Below are positions 1 to 10,874 of a stretch of 64,000 nucleotides of DNA, in pieces. The stretch is taken from assembly GCA_963751455.1 (NCBI GenBank), contig CAVVUN010000003.1, positions 128,001 to 192,000 of the forward strand, in the 5' to 3' direction. A program made the position numbers and the translations under genes. This DNA is from Nitrospirota bacterium. Lineage in GTDB: Bacteria; Nitrospirota; UBA9217. The notes beneath the pieces were generated by a model that saw only the letters and a list, made by a program, of their open reading frames with translations, did not search any database and was not told the origin of the DNA. How positions within the stretch are numbered: the first letter of the stretch is position 1; the number at the start of each line of letters is the position of its first letter.

Positions 1-1
1 C

Positions 2-2770
2 GCTCGTTCTCATAGCGCCGAAGCTCGCAGTGACAGCAGGAAACTGCTTGAGCATATTAAGCACGGAGTCCTTCCCCCGGGCGCTGATTTTCTTGCGCCG
101 TTTTTTTATTCCATGGAAGGCCTGTTCCGGTATTTGCCGGATACCGCCCTCTTTTCGCTCATCGAACCGGACGACATCGAGCGGGAAGTCGCAGCATTCG
201 CGGAAAAAATAGAGCTCGGAAGACAGGAGGAGATCAACGAGGGGCGACTGCTGCCCGAGACCACGGAGTTCTACCTCGGCATAGAACAGTTAGCGTCGGA
301 AATCGGCCGTTTTTCTACGATTACTATAGGCCTGCTCGGGACCGCTTCGGATCACCGGATGGATACAAAATCTGCAAGCTGGCTCGGTGTCCGGCTTACC
401 AGACCCGTTGATCCGCGGTCTGATGAGAAGTACGGGCAGCCGGCCGAAGGCACCATGGCCGGGCTGATTGAAAAACTGAAACGGCTGAGGGACTTTTCCC
501 GAGTGGTAATCGTTTGCGGGACGGAGGAATCCGCTTCACGGCTGAAGAAATTGCTCCTCGAATACGGCATGGGATCTGCGCTCGTGACCGTATTTACGGA
601 CGGGCAGGCAGGGCCCTCGCCTGTTACGCTGATGATCGGCCGGATGTCCGAAGGTTTTTCCTGGCAGGATCTCGGCGCGGCATTTATAACAGAAGAAGAA
701 ATTTTCGGCAGAAAGGTGCATGCGCCCAGAAGCGCCGCACTACGGTCAAAGGTCACGCCCTTTCTTTCTACCTTCAAGGAGCTTAAACCCGGTGACTTCG
801 TCGTGCATACCGATTACGGGGTCGGTGAATACCAGGGGCTGACGCACATAGGCGTGGATGGTTTCGAGACGGATTTTCTTACGCTTCGCTTCGAACCTGA
901 CGTAAAACTTCATGTCCCGCTGTACAGCCTTGATAAAGTGCAGAAGTACATCGGGACCGAGGGTTCGACGCCGAAACTCGACAGGCTCGGTGCGCCGGCC
1001 TGGGCAAGGACCAAAGAGAAGGTCAAGAAAGACATCCTTGCGATTGCTCAAGAACTTGTCGCGATCTATGCGGCACGCGAAGCCATGCAGCGGCCATCCT
1101 TCACGCCGCCGGATAACCTGTTCCGCGAGTTCGAGGCCTCCTTTCCGTTCGAGGAAACGGACGATCAGCAGAAGGCCATCGAAGATGTGCTCGCCGACAT
1201 GCGGCGGCCTCGGCCCATGGACCGGCTGATCTGCGGCGACGTCGGTTACGGCAAGACAGAGGTCGCGCTCCGCGGTGCCTTCAAAGCGGTCGAAGACGGG
1301 CTGCAGGCGGCGGTGCTGGTGCCGACAACCCTTCTTGCGGACCAACACTACCGTACGTTTAAAGAACGGCTTGCTTCCTTCTCGATCCGGGTCGATATGC
1401 TTTCCCGGTTCAGGACCAGGGCGGAGCAGCAGGAGACGCTGAAGGGTATCAAGAGCGGGGTCGTGGACGTCGTGATCGGCACCCACCGCCTGCTCCAGCG
1501 GGATATTGCCTTCAAGAACCTGGGCCTTCTGGTGGTGGATGAGGAGCACAAATTCGGCGTTAAACACAAGGAAAGAATCAAGGAGTTCAAGAAGCTTGTG
1601 GACGTCCTCACACTCACGGCCACGCCCATTCCCCGCACGCTCCACATGTCGCTCTCGGGGATCCGCGATCTGTCGATAATCCAGACTCCGCCGCTCGACC
1701 GACAGGCAATCCAGGTAGTGCTTGCCCGGTTCGGCAAGAGGGTGATCCGCGAGGCGATCATTCGGGAGCTGGAGCGCGGCGGCCAGATTTTCTTCGTGCA
1801 TAACCGGGTCCAGGGAATCGAACGCATAGCGGAGTTCATCCGGAACCTGGTCCCCGAGGCCACCGTCGGAATCGCCCACGGGCAGCTCGGCGAGAACGAG
1901 ATCGAGTCCGTGATGACCGAATTCATCAATGGAAAGCTGAAGGTCCTCGTAACCACGACGATCATCGAGTCCGGCATCGACATACCGAATGCGAATACGA
2001 TCATTATCAACCGGGCGGACCGCTTCGGCCTGGCAGACCTGTATCAGATCAAGGGCAGGGTCGGGAGAAGCAGGGATAAAGCGTATGCGTACCTGCTTGC
2101 GCCCGCCGAAGAGACGCTTTCTGAAGTAGCACGCAAGCGGCTGCGCGCCATCCAGGAGCTGTCCGAGCTCGGCGCAGGCTTCCGTATCGCGGCGCAGGAC
2201 CTCGAAACGAGGGGCGCAGGAAACCTGCTGGGAAAACAGCAGTCGGGCCACATAGCCGCTGTCGGCATAGATCTCTATACGCAGATGATGGAAGAGGCGA
2301 TGGTCGAGCTGCGCGGTGAAGAGCTGCCGCGTCAGGCGGACACCATCATCAATCTTCCGGCCTCGGCGTTTATTCCCGGTGATTATATCAGCGACCCCAG
2401 TCTCCGCTTAGCGGCTTATAAGGAGATTTCAAGCGCGGCCGATGAACTGCAGCTTCGGGACATCGCTGATGAGCTTCGCGACCGCTACGGAATTCTGCCG
2501 GAGCCCGCAGCCAATCTGCTCGATATCATGAGTGTCAAACTTATTGCGCGCAAGGCAATGGTCGGCCGGATTGACGGTTCCGCGAAGGTCGTTAACATCA
2601 CGTTTGCCGAAGACGCCCGTATTTCTCCTGACCGCGTGCTGCTCGTGCTCAAGAAGAGCAAGGGTACGATCAAGCTTGTTTCCGAATATACGCTTCAAAT
2701 GTCGCTCCCCGATAACTGGCTTGAAACAGTCTCCAGAGCGGTTAAAAAGTGCTTGCAGGAACTCGTTTAG
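2..2770 (+). CDS. mfd: Transcription-repair coupling factor (5'-truncated by window edge)
   Basis: Frame is open from base 2. CarD-like RID (GDFVVHTDYGVG), DRLICGDVGYGKTEVA, DEEH, TATPIPRT, QIKGRVGRS and a C-terminal TRCF domain. Confidence 0.97.
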   Translation, partial: ARSHSAEARSDSRKLLEHIKHGVLPPGADFLAPFFYSMEGLFRYLPDTALFSLIEPDDIEREVAAFAEKIELGRQEEINEGRLLPETTEFYLGIEQLASEIGRFSTITIGLLGTASDHRMDTKSASWLGVRLTRPVDPRSDEKYGQPAEGTMAGLIEKLKRLRDFSRVVIVCGTEESASRLKKLLLEYGMGSALVTVFTDGQAGPSPVTLMIGRMSEGFSWQDLGAAFITEEEIFGRKVHAPRSAALRSKVTPFLSTFKELKPGDFVVHTDYGVGEYQGLTHIGVDGFETDFLTLRFEPDVKLHVPLYSLDKVQKYIGTEGSTPKLDRLGAPAWARTKEKVKKDILAIAQELVAIYAAREAMQRPSFTPPDNLFREFEASFPFEETDDQQKAIEDVLADMRRPRPMDRLICGDVGYGKTEVALRGAFKAVEDGLQAAVLVPTTLLADQHYRTFKERLASFSIRVDMLSRFRTRAEQQETLKGIKSGVVDVVIGTHRLLQRDIAFKNLGLLVVDEEHKFGVKHKERIKEFKKLVDVLTLTATPIPRTLHMSLSGIRDLSIIQTPPLDRQAIQVVLARFGKRVIREAIIRELERGGQIFFVHNRVQGIERIAEFIRNLVPEATVGIAHGQLGENEIESVMTEFINGKLKVLVTTTIIESGIDIPNANTIIINRADRFGLADLYQIKGRVGRSRDKAYAYLLAPAEETLSEVARKRLRAIQELSELGAGFRIAAQDLETRGAGNLLGKQQSGHIAAVGIDLYTQMMEEAMVELRGEELPRQADTIINLPASAFIPGDYISDPSLRLAAYKEISSAADELQLRDIADELRDRYGILPEPAANLLDIMSVKLIARKAMVGRIDGSAKVVNITFAEDARISPDRVLLVLKKSKGTIKLVSEYTLQMSLPDNWLETVSRAVKKCLQELV

Positions 2771-2840
2771 TATGTTATAAAAAGCGAATCTTTTTAAACA
2801 CCCGAATCTCGATTTAAATCCTTTTCCGGAGGAAGCTATC

Positions 2841-3533
2841 ATGAATATTCTGAAATTGACTGCCGTAATCGTGATTGCGCTTTCGATAGCGCTTTCCGGG
2901 TGCGGAAAAAGCAAGGACGGCGCGGTTCTGGCACGGGTGAACCGTTCCACAATAACTGCGGCTGATTTTAAACGCCAGCTTGAGGACCTTCAGCCCCAGA
3001 TGCAGCAGGCAGTAGCGAGCGACCCCAAGGCCCGAAAGGAATTTCTCGACGATCTTATCGGCATCGAGGTGGTGCTTCAGGAGGCCCGGCGGCAGGGGCT
3101 CGACAAGGACGCTGAATTCAAAAAACGGCAGGAGATGCTGAAAAAAGAGTTGGAGCGGCGGATACAGGATGACGCAAAAAATGAACTTTTCAACAACCTC
3201 CTCAAAAAAGAACTGGCTGAGAAGCTCAAGACGGTCCCTGAACCGACGGACAAGGAGCTTCGGGACTATTATGCCAAAAACCAGGACAAGATGTACCGCC
3301 CGGACGGCCGAAAACTGAGCTTTAAGGAAGTTGAACCGCAGCTCAAGAGAAGAATACTGGCTGAAAAACAGCGCGACCTCTATCTTGACTACGCCAAAGG
3401 GCTAAAAGCGAAAGCGAAGATAACTGTCGACGAAAAAGCGCTCGATGCCGCCGCCGCTTCCATAGGGCAGCCCGCGGCGCCGGGAGCACCTGAGCCGCAA
3501 ACGCCGCCGGCAGGAGCCGGGAAGACAAAATAA
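2841..3533 (+). CDS. SurA N-terminal-domain lipoprotein (foldase/chaperone)
   Basis: Lipobox LSGC, VLARVN..IT..DF motif, EARRQGLD, GGAGG RBS. Typical neighbour of mfd. Confidence 0.8.
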   Translation: MNILKLTAVIVIALSIALSGCGKSKDGAVLARVNRSTITAADFKRQLEDLQPQMQQAVASDPKARKEFLDDLIGIEVVLQEARRQGLDKDAEFKKRQEMLKKELERRIQDDAKNELFNNLLKKELAEKLKTVPEPTDKELRDYYAKNQDKMYRPDGRKLSFKEVEPQLKRRILAEKQRDLYLDYAKGLKAKAKITVDEKALDAAAASIGQPAAPGAPEPQTPPAGAGKTK

Positions 3534-3621
3534 CACCGCAGCTGTCCAACCCGGGGCAGAAAAGCGGAGTGTATAAGCAGCAAAGTGCCGCTATGACGGA
3601 ACAACCGGAAGGGCTTCTCCG

Positions 3622-4587
3622 ATGAACATATCCAGAATTGCAAAATTCGCAGCTCCAGCATTGTTGCTGGGGCTCGTATTTTTTTCATGCCAAAAAAAGG
3701 AAGAACCGCAGGTCAAAGAACCCGCAGTCCAGGTCTCGGCGGACGTCAGGGTCGTCGCAACCGTCAACGGAGATCCGATCACACTCGCCGATTTCCAGGA
3801 ACGCTTTGCGAGGGCCGGGTTCAAACCGGAGCCCGAAGCCGAGCTGGAGGTAAAAGAGGAGTTTCTGAACCGGCTGATCGAGCGCAAAATGATGCTCAGC
3901 GAGGCGCAGCGGAAACGGATTAAGATCGGCCTTCCCGAGATCACCAAGCGTATCCAGACGCTTCGGACCGAAAACGGAGTTGATGTAAAGGAAACTCTTG
4001 CGGGTATGGGTGTTGATTTTGAGAAGTGGAAAGCTGATGTCTGGGAAGACCTGATGATCGAGCGGCTGCTGAACCGCGAGGTCCATAAGCAAGTCTCCAT
4101 ATCGCCCTCCGAAGTGCGGCGCTATTACCAGGCAAACCCGCAGGAATTTGAAAAACCGGACCAGGTCCGTGTACGCCAGATCGTGGTAGCGTCCGAGGCC
4201 GAGGCGAAGAAGCTGCTGGAAAGGCCGCACTTAAAATCCGACTTCGCAGCAGTAGCGCGAATGCAGTCTACAGCGCCCGAGGCCGACAAGGGCGGCGACC
4301 TCGGCTATTTCGGCATGGGTGACATGCCTGCCGAATTCAACGTGGTTTTCGGACTGCCGAAAGGCGGCATCAGTGGGGTAATCAAGAGCCCCTACGGCTA
4401 TCATATATTCAAGGTTGAAGACCAGCGGAAAGCCGGCAGGATCAGCCTGGACGAAGCGACTGCCCAGATAGCCGAAAAGCTGCGGCAGGGAAAAGAAGAC
4501 AACCGCTACAAGGCGTGGCTTCGGGACCTTCGCTCCCGCACTAAATTCGAGGTCAATTACCAGGTGCTGCGGCCGCAGGCGCCTTAA
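3622..4587 (+). CDS. PpiC/parvulin-type peptidyl-prolyl isomerase lipoprotein
   Basis: Lipobox FFSC, SurA_N region, rotamase motifs VRVRQIVV, GGDLGYF and SPYGYHIFKV. Confidence 0.88.
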   Translation: MNISRIAKFAAPALLLGLVFFSCQKKEEPQVKEPAVQVSADVRVVATVNGDPITLADFQERFARAGFKPEPEAELEVKEEFLNRLIERKMMLSEAQRKRIKIGLPEITKRIQTLRTENGVDVKETLAGMGVDFEKWKADVWEDLMIERLLNREVHKQVSISPSEVRRYYQANPQEFEKPDQVRVRQIVVASEAEAKKLLERPHLKSDFAAVARMQSTAPEADKGGDLGYFGMGDMPAEFNVVFGLPKGGISGVIKSPYGYHIFKVEDQRKAGRISLDEATAQIAEKLRQGKEDNRYKAWLRDLRSRTKFEVNYQVLRPQAP

Positions 4588-5692
4588 CGGGTAAGTGAGA
4601 GCTATCCGTGGTCATCGCGTTGCGCCGCTCTGCTTCCCGAGAAACCGTTTCTCCCGGGACAAGCACGCCCCGGTCGCCGGTTCTTTCCAATCTGGTATTG
4701 AACCGAGCGGAAGCGGTGTTGATGCTGTCGATCACGTCTCCGGCCGCCTTTCCCGTAAGCATTTTGGGCTGATACTTGACCCGGTAGTTGTTCACATCAA
4801 GGGGGACCGCCTCTATTTTGGAAAGAGTGTTGCCCCTGTATGTGAGCAGGAGTATCATGCTGATGTTGGTCCGGTTGCTTTCGGAGCCGAATACGAAATT
4901 GCCCAGGCTGTACGCAATCATGCGGCCCTTGTACAGCTCGATTTCCTGAAGGACGTGCGGATGGTGCCCAAGCACCAGGTCCGCTCCCCAGTCGACGGCC
5001 TGCCTGCCGAGTTCGATCTGGTAATCCTTGGCAGCGGTCATCAGTTCCGCCCCCCAGTGGAAAGAAACAACAACCAGGTCGGCCTGCGGCCGGACCTTTT
5101 CAATGTCTGCCTGAATGAAATCTGAGTATCCGGGCGCTGTTCCCGGACGCCCGGGAGAGGCGAAAAACTCAAGCGGAAATGTAAGGGAATAGGAGAGAAA
5201 AGCGATTCTTTTCCCTTTGACCGCGGCCACAGCCGGAGCACGGGCATCAGCAAGGTCCAGCCCGGCGCCCGTAAAGAGGATCCCGTTCTCTTGCAGCCGC
5301 TCAAGCGTGTCGGCAAGCGCAAGCGGGCCGAAATCCATGGAGTGATTGTTCGCAAGCGATACAACTCGGATACCCGCGCTCTTCAGGGCACGGGCCGCAA
5401 TAGGACCCGCACGCAGCGTAAATTTCTTGTTTTCGACGGGAACCCCGCGCGTGGAGATGGGAGACTCAAGATTGCCGATTACAATGTCTGCCTGGCGGAG
5501 CGCTGATCGGACGTCGCGGAACGGATAATCCGGACCGTATTTTTTTAAAAAAGGCTCGGTTCTTCCGCCGAACATCAAATCGCCGACAGCGGCAATGGTA
5601 ATTTCATCCGTGTGGAGTTCGGCTGCAGCCGCGTGCTGCAGCCACCCGGACAGGAAAAAAAACAGCACGTATGCGCTCATCAATGCTTTCAT
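4553..5692 (-). CDS. CapA/PgsA-family (PGA_cap) metallophosphatase
   Basis: AVGDLM, GNLESP, SLANNHSMDFG, FHWGAE, GHHPHVLQ, YSLGNFVF. Start placed at MKALMS, which begins a signal peptide. Confidence 0.88.
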   Translation of the reverse strand: MKALMSAYVLFFFLSGWLQHAAAAELHTDEITIAAVGDLMFGGRTEPFLKKYGPDYPFRDVRSALRQADIVIGNLESPISTRGVPVENKKFTLRAGPIAARALKSAGIRVVSLANNHSMDFGPLALADTLERLQENGILFTGAGLDLADARAPAVAAVKGKRIAFLSYSLTFPLEFFASPGRPGTAPGYSDFIQADIEKVRPQADLVVVSFHWGAELMTAAKDYQIELGRQAVDWGADLVLGHHPHVLQEIELYKGRMIAYSLGNFVFGSESNRTNISMILLLTYRGNTLSKIEAVPLDVNNYRVKYQPKMLTGKAAGDVIDSINTASARFNTRLERTGDRGVLVPGETVSREAERRNAMTTDSSHLPVKAPAAAAPGN

Positions 5693-5777
5693 AGGAATGC
5701 ACGAAATAATATGCAACTTCCGATCAAAAGGCAACAGAAAAAAGCGTGTGGTAATATCGAAATAGAGGAGTAGCACT

Positions 5778-6719
5778 ATGAAGAGTCAATTTACGAGGAT
5801 AATCATGGCCTGTTTTGCGCTGCTTTTGGCGTACGGCGTTCGCGGGGCCGAAGCCAGCCCCGTAGTCATTGACCGGGTAGTTGCGGTCGTGAACAACGAC
5901 GTCATCACGTTGAGTGACCTGCAGCGCGAGGCGGCAGTAAAAAAGGTTGATATGAAACGGGACGAACGCCTGCTTCTCGAAGATATGATCGACCGCAGGC
6001 TCCAGATGGCCGAGGCAAAGCGGGGCGGCATGGATGTATCGGACAAGGAGTTGAACGACGCTGTCGCCGATATCATGAAAAGAAACTCTATGGATTCGCG
6101 CCGGTTCGAGGCTGCGCTGGCCGGCGAAGGGCTGACTCTGGGACAGTATAAAGACGAGCTCAGGGAGCAGATGACGCTCTCGCGTATGTTCAACAAATAC
6201 GTCCGTTCCGGGGTGGCCGTTCAAGACGATGAGGTCCGTTCCTATTATGAAAAAAACATGAAGAGCTATGTCCTCCCCGAGGAAATACGCGTACGGCAGA
6301 TATATTTCCGCCTGCCGGAAAAGGCGACTGCGTCGCAGACGGCCGTGGTCAAAGAGAAGGCAGAGGCTGCGCTGGCCCGGATCCGGAAAGGCGAGGACTT
6401 TATCAAGCTGGTTAAAGAACTTTCGGAAAGCGAAAACGCAGCGCTTGGAGGCGACCTGGGCTTCTTGCAGCGCGGCCAGGCCATCCCCGAGATCGAGGAA
6501 GCTGCGAAGACATTGAATCCGGGCGAAGTGGCCGGACCGCTCCTGTTGGCCGGCGGATATAATATCATACGGCTCGAAGAGATTCGCAAGCCTGTCAAGC
6601 CGTTCGAAAGCGTTAAGGACGAGATAACCAAAATGCTGTACGAGCAGAAGGTTGAGAATGCGTACCGGACCTGGCTCCAGGCACTTCGAAGCGACTCCCA
6701 CATCGAAAACCGGTTATAA
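5778..6719 (+). CDS. surA: SurA-like periplasmic chaperone/PPIase
   Basis: IDRVVAVVNNDVITLSDL N-terminus, one rotamase domain (GGDLGF), GAGGAG RBS. Confidence 0.85.
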   Translation: MKSQFTRIIMACFALLLAYGVRGAEASPVVIDRVVAVVNNDVITLSDLQREAAVKKVDMKRDERLLLEDMIDRRLQMAEAKRGGMDVSDKELNDAVADIMKRNSMDSRRFEAALAGEGLTLGQYKDELREQMTLSRMFNKYVRSGVAVQDDEVRSYYEKNMKSYVLPEEIRVRQIYFRLPEKATASQTAVVKEKAEAALARIRKGEDFIKLVKELSESENAALGGDLGFLQRGQAIPEIEEAAKTLNPGEVAGPLLLAGGYNIIRLEEIRKPVKPFESVKDEITKMLYEQKVENAYRTWLQALRSDSHIENRL

Positions 6720-6852
6720 TTTGGACCAAGGGAACCGCGTTCCCGTCAGAAAGATACGCCGACATGGTCGGCTCGCTCCAAGATCCCGCACCCGGATCTC
6801 CACTTCCCCTCTTCCCTCCGCTCCTTGATCATGGTAATATAACTGTTTCGCC

Positions 6853-9597
6853 ATGAAAGAAGCTCTTGTTATAGAGGGGGCGCGTCAGAATAATCTCAAG
6901 AACATTACGCTCGCGATTCCCCATGACGCGATTACTGTTATAACCGGCCTCTCCGGCTCCGGAAAGTCCTCCCTCGCATTCGACACCATTTTTGCGGAAG
7001 GCCAGTGGCGCTATATCGAGTCCCTTTCGGCCTATGCCCGCCTGTTCATAGAAAAAATAGACCGCCCCTCAGTCGACGCCATGCGCAACGTCCGGCCCGC
7101 GATTGCGCTTGAGCAAAGAAACCCTGTCAAGACGTCGCGCTCGACAGTCGGCACCATGACCGAGATATACGATTATGTGAGGCTGCTGTTTGCAAAAATC
7201 GGAAAACTGATCTGCCCGAGCTGCGGCAATGAAATCGTGCGGTACGATGCGTCCCTGGTGACCAAAGATATTCTGCGGAAGCATGACGGCAAACGAATTC
7301 ATGTTCTGTTCCCGGTTCCGGTGGCACCGGGAGGAACTCAAACCGTCCTGCATGACCTGCTCGTACGGGGATTTCTCCGGGTCAAGATCGGCGAAGAGCT
7401 CGTCGAGTCCGGGCAGCTCCCAAAGACGATCGGCTCAACAACCGAAGTACTGGTGCTGCTGGATCGTCTTGTAGTTCGAGAACAAGACCGGAGCCGCCTC
7501 GCCGAATCGCTCGAGACCGCGTTTCACGAAGGCGGCGAAGCAGTCGTGGAGCTGCTTGACGGGCAGGCGCTCAGATACAGCAGGTCTTTACGGTGCGGTC
7601 GATGCGAAATCAGCTTCGAGCCGCCCCAACCGCTCCTCTTTTCCTTCAACAATCCCGTCGGCGCCTGCAGGCAATGCAATGGTTTCGGAAATATCCTGTC
7701 GTATGATGAAGACCTGATCGTTCCGGATAAATCGCTGAGCCTCGAACGAGGTGCGATAGCTCCCTGGACAAAGCCTTCGCATCGTCGCTGGATGCGCCGG
7801 ATGCTGACAGGGATAAAGGCGGCCGGCATCAACGTCAAGCTGCCCTATGAGGAATTGACCAAACAGGAGAAGGGCCTCCTTTTCAGCGGAAATGACGATT
7901 TTTACGGCATTAATAGCTTCTTTGAGGAGCTCGAAAAAAAACGATACAAGCTTCACGTCCGCGTCTTTCTGAGCCGTTATCGAAGGGCTTCTCTGTGTCC
8001 GGCGTGCAGCGGCGCCCGCCTGCGGCCCGAAGCCCTGATGTACAGGATCGGCGGGCTGCCCATAGATGCGGTGACGCGCATGCCGATAGAGCAGCTGGCG
8101 CGCTGGTTCGATGATCTTTGGCTTACGGAATTTGAACGAAGCACAGCCGAAGAGATCCTTCGCCAGATCAATGCAAAACTCGCCTTCTTTGTCCGCGTAG
8201 GCCTCGGCTATTTGACTCTCGACCGCCAGACAAGGACACTGTCCGGCGGCGAGGCGCAGCGCGTGAACCTCTCGAACCAGCTCGCTTCAAAGCTCACGGG
8301 CACTCTCTACGTCCTGGACGAACCGAGCATCGGGCTTCATGCGCGGGATACCGGAATACTTGCCGCGATCATACGGGAGCTGTCCGACGGCGGCAACACA
8401 GTCATCATGGTCGAACACGACCGGACGCTTATCGAGTCGGCCGACAACGCGGTCGAGCTGGGACCGGGGGCCGGCGAACGGGGCGGCCGGGTCATGTACA
8501 GCGGGTCGAAAGCCGGGTTCCTGAAAAGCGGCACGCTCACGGCCCGCTACCTGACCGGGCAGGAAACTATCCCTGTCCCGGCAATTCGCCGAAAACAGGA
8601 GCGCAGGTTCATCGAAATACGCGGCGCGCGCGAACATAATTTGAAAGATATCGATCTCCGTATACCGCTCCGCGCATTCACGTGTCTAAGCGGCGTTTCC
8701 GGTTCCGGCAAATCGACTCTTATCGGAAATACGCTGTACCGGGCGCTGAAGCAGAGGTTTCATGAAGGACAGGAGAGGCCAGGTCTTTTTCGGGAGCTTA
8801 CGGGGGCCGACCAGCTCAAAGGCGTAAAGCTCATCGACCAGGAACCGATTGGAAAGAGTCCCCGATCTAACCCCGTGACGTACATAAAGGCCTTCGATGC
8901 CATCCGAAAAATTTTTGCGGGTCTTGGCGACTCGAAAAAGGCCGGTTTTACCGCCAGCGACTTCTCGTTCAACCTGGAGGGCGGCCGGTGCGAGGCCTGC
9001 CAGGGAAGCGGTTATCAAAAGATCGAGATGTATTTTTTTGAAGACCTCCTCATCACGTGCGATCACTGCCGGGGGAAGCGCTATAAGTCTTCGGTCCTTC
9101 GCGCCCGCTACCAGGGTCGGAGCATCGCGGACGTCCTGGAGATGACCGTGGCTGAGGCGATCAACTTTTTTTGCGACTTTCCGCGCTTGACCGGAAAATT
9201 GAAGTCGCTTGCAGAGGTCGGCCTGGGATATCTTCGGCTCGGCCAGCCGGCAACCACGTTCTCAGGCGGCGAAAGCCAGCGGATAAAGATAGCGCACGAG
9301 CTCGGCAACTGGCATATGCGGGACGTGCTCTATATACTTGATGAGCCGACAACAGGGCTTCACTTTGAAGACGTTCGCAGGCTTCTGGAAGTTCTGAACG
9401 CACTGGTGAATGCGGGAAATACGGTAGTGGTTGTCGAGCATAACCTGGACGTCATAAAGAGTGCCGACTGGGTTATCGACCTGGGGCCCGACGGCGGAGC
9501 TGAAGGCGGATATATCGTGGCAGAAGGCACGCCCGAGGATGTGGCCGAAGTTGATGACTCGTATACCGGGCAGTATTTGCGTGAGTATCTTAAGTGA
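6853..9597 (+). CDS. uvrA: Excinuclease ABC subunit A
   Basis: GARQNNLKN, two Walker A motifs (GLSGSGKS, GVSGSGKS), CxxC zinc fingers, LSGGEAQR, LDEP. Confidence 0.96.
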   Translation: MKEALVIEGARQNNLKNITLAIPHDAITVITGLSGSGKSSLAFDTIFAEGQWRYIESLSAYARLFIEKIDRPSVDAMRNVRPAIALEQRNPVKTSRSTVGTMTEIYDYVRLLFAKIGKLICPSCGNEIVRYDASLVTKDILRKHDGKRIHVLFPVPVAPGGTQTVLHDLLVRGFLRVKIGEELVESGQLPKTIGSTTEVLVLLDRLVVREQDRSRLAESLETAFHEGGEAVVELLDGQALRYSRSLRCGRCEISFEPPQPLLFSFNNPVGACRQCNGFGNILSYDEDLIVPDKSLSLERGAIAPWTKPSHRRWMRRMLTGIKAAGINVKLPYEELTKQEKGLLFSGNDDFYGINSFFEELEKKRYKLHVRVFLSRYRRASLCPACSGARLRPEALMYRIGGLPIDAVTRMPIEQLARWFDDLWLTEFERSTAEEILRQINAKLAFFVRVGLGYLTLDRQTRTLSGGEAQRVNLSNQLASKLTGTLYVLDEPSIGLHARDTGILAAIIRELSDGGNTVIMVEHDRTLIESADNAVELGPGAGERGGRVMYSGSKAGFLKSGTLTARYLTGQETIPVPAIRRKQERRFIEIRGAREHNLKDIDLRIPLRAFTCLSGVSGSGKSTLIGNTLYRALKQRFHEGQERPGLFRELTGADQLKGVKLIDQEPIGKSPRSNPVTYIKAFDAIRKIFAGLGDSKKAGFTASDFSFNLEGGRCEACQGSGYQKIEMYFFEDLLITCDHCRGKRYKSSVLRARYQGRSIADVLEMTVAEAINFFCDFPRLTGKLKSLAEVGLGYLRLGQPATTFSGGESQRIKIAHELGNWHMRDVLYILDEPTTGLHFEDVRRLLEVLNALVNAGNTVVVVEHNLDVIKSADWVIDLGPDGGAEGGYIVAEGTPEDVAEVDDSYTGQYLREYLK

Positions 9598-9601
9598 CAA
9601 T

Positions 9602-9680
9602 GTGGTTTATTTGGTTAATCTTGTTCTTCCGGTTTATCCGGTTTAAACCAAACAAACTAAACAAACCAAATGAACCACCA
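9602..9680. repeat. Intergenic ~9-nt-periodic repeats arranged as an imperfect inverted pair
   Basis: GGTTTATTT/GGTTAATCT/GGTTTATCC units followed by complementary AAACCAAAC/AAACTAAAC units. Confidence 0.55.
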
Positions 9681-9710
9681 ACAAAACGAGATCTGTGATA
9701 CACTCGCCCT

Positions 9711-10874
9711 ATGCATACACTACGCCTGAAAAATAAAGAAGAGCGCAGAATCATGCGCGGACATCCGTGGGTTTTCAGTAACGAGCTCGAAAAAATGCCG
9801 GCTGATCTTGCGGCCGGGGATCTTGCGGATGTTACCGACCATTCAGGCCGCTTTATCGGGCGCGCCTACGTCAACCCGAATACGCTTATTGCCGCCCGCA
9901 TTCTCACCAGAAGTCGTGATGAGATCAATACGGAGTTCATGGGGAACAGGATTTCAACGGCCCGCCGCTTGCGGGAAATGCTCGGTTTCAGCGATTCATA
10001 CCGGGCTTTTTTCAGCGAAGGCGACGGACTTCCCGGGCTCATCGTCGACAAATATGCAGATGTCCTGGTTGTCCAGTCCTCGACCGCCGGCATAGACCGG
10101 CTGCTCCCGATGATCCTGCCCGCCCTGCAGCAGGAATATTCACCGCGGGCGATCGTGCTCAGAAACGACATGGCCTCGCGCGAGATCGAAGGTATCGCGC
10201 GGGAAACGCGCGTGGTTCACGGATCGCTTTCAGGTCCGGTCACAATCGAGGAGTCGGGGATCAAATACACCGTTGATGTGCTCGAAGGACAGAAGACCGG
10301 ATTCTTTTTTGATCAGCGCGAGAACCGGCTTGCGCTCAAGGGACTCGTAAAGGGCCGCCGAACGCTCGACTGCTTTTGCTATATCGGCGCCTGGTCTCTG
10401 AACGCCGCTCGCTTCGGCGCCAGCGAGGTTATCGGCATTGATTCTTCGCAGGCAGCGGTTGACCTGGCAACAGCGAACGCGGCCCTCAATGGGCTGAATG
10501 CGCAGTTCACGAAAGCCGATGTTTTCGACGAGCTCCGGCGTCTCGAGAAAATCAACGAGAAATTCGGCTGCATCATCCTCGATCCGCCGGCCTTCGTCAA
10601 ATCCCGGGCAAAAGTGCGGGAAGGCCTCAGAGGGTACAAGGAAATCAACGTCAGGGCACTGAAGCTGCTCGAGCCAGGTGGCGTGCTCGTCACATGCTCC
10701 TGTTCGCACCATGTGGATCAGGACCTTTTCCGCGAAATGCTGATCGATGCCGGTCACTCCGCTCGCCGGCAGTTGAGACTTCTCGAGATGCGGTCTCAGG
10801 CGCGGGACCATCCGATTTTGCTTGCTGCCCGCGAGACGCAGTACCTGAAGTGCGCGATATTGATTGTTGATTAA
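9711..10874 (+). CDS. rlmI: RlmI-family class I SAM-dependent rRNA methyltransferase
   Basis: GHPWVFSNE, SEGDGLPGLIVD, GQKTGFFFDQRENR, LDPPAF, YLKC. Confidence 0.88.
   Translation: MHTLRLKNKEERRIMRGHPWVFSNELEKMPADLAAGDLADVTDHSGRFIGRAYVNPNTLIAARILTRSRDEINTEFMGNRISTARRLREMLGFSDSYRAFFSEGDGLPGLIVDKYADVLVVQSSTAGIDRLLPMILPALQQEYSPRAIVLRNDMASREIEGIARETRVVHGSLSGPVTIEESGIKYTVDVLEGQKTGFFFDQRENRLALKGLVKGRRTLDCFCYIGAWSLNAARFGASEVIGIDSSQAAVDLATANAALNGLNAQFTKADVFDELRRLEKINEKFGCIILDPPAFVKSRAKVREGLRGYKEINVRALKLLEPGGVLVTCSCSHHVDQDLFREMLIDAGHSARRQLRLLEMRSQARDHPILLAARETQYLKCAILIVD

Noticed and set aside
746-2251. Long antisense ORFs (e.g. 746-2251, 5724-6701, 11163-12023, 39614-40555)
   Set aside because: They shadow well-supported genes on the opposite strand in GC-rich DNA and have no recognisable motifs.
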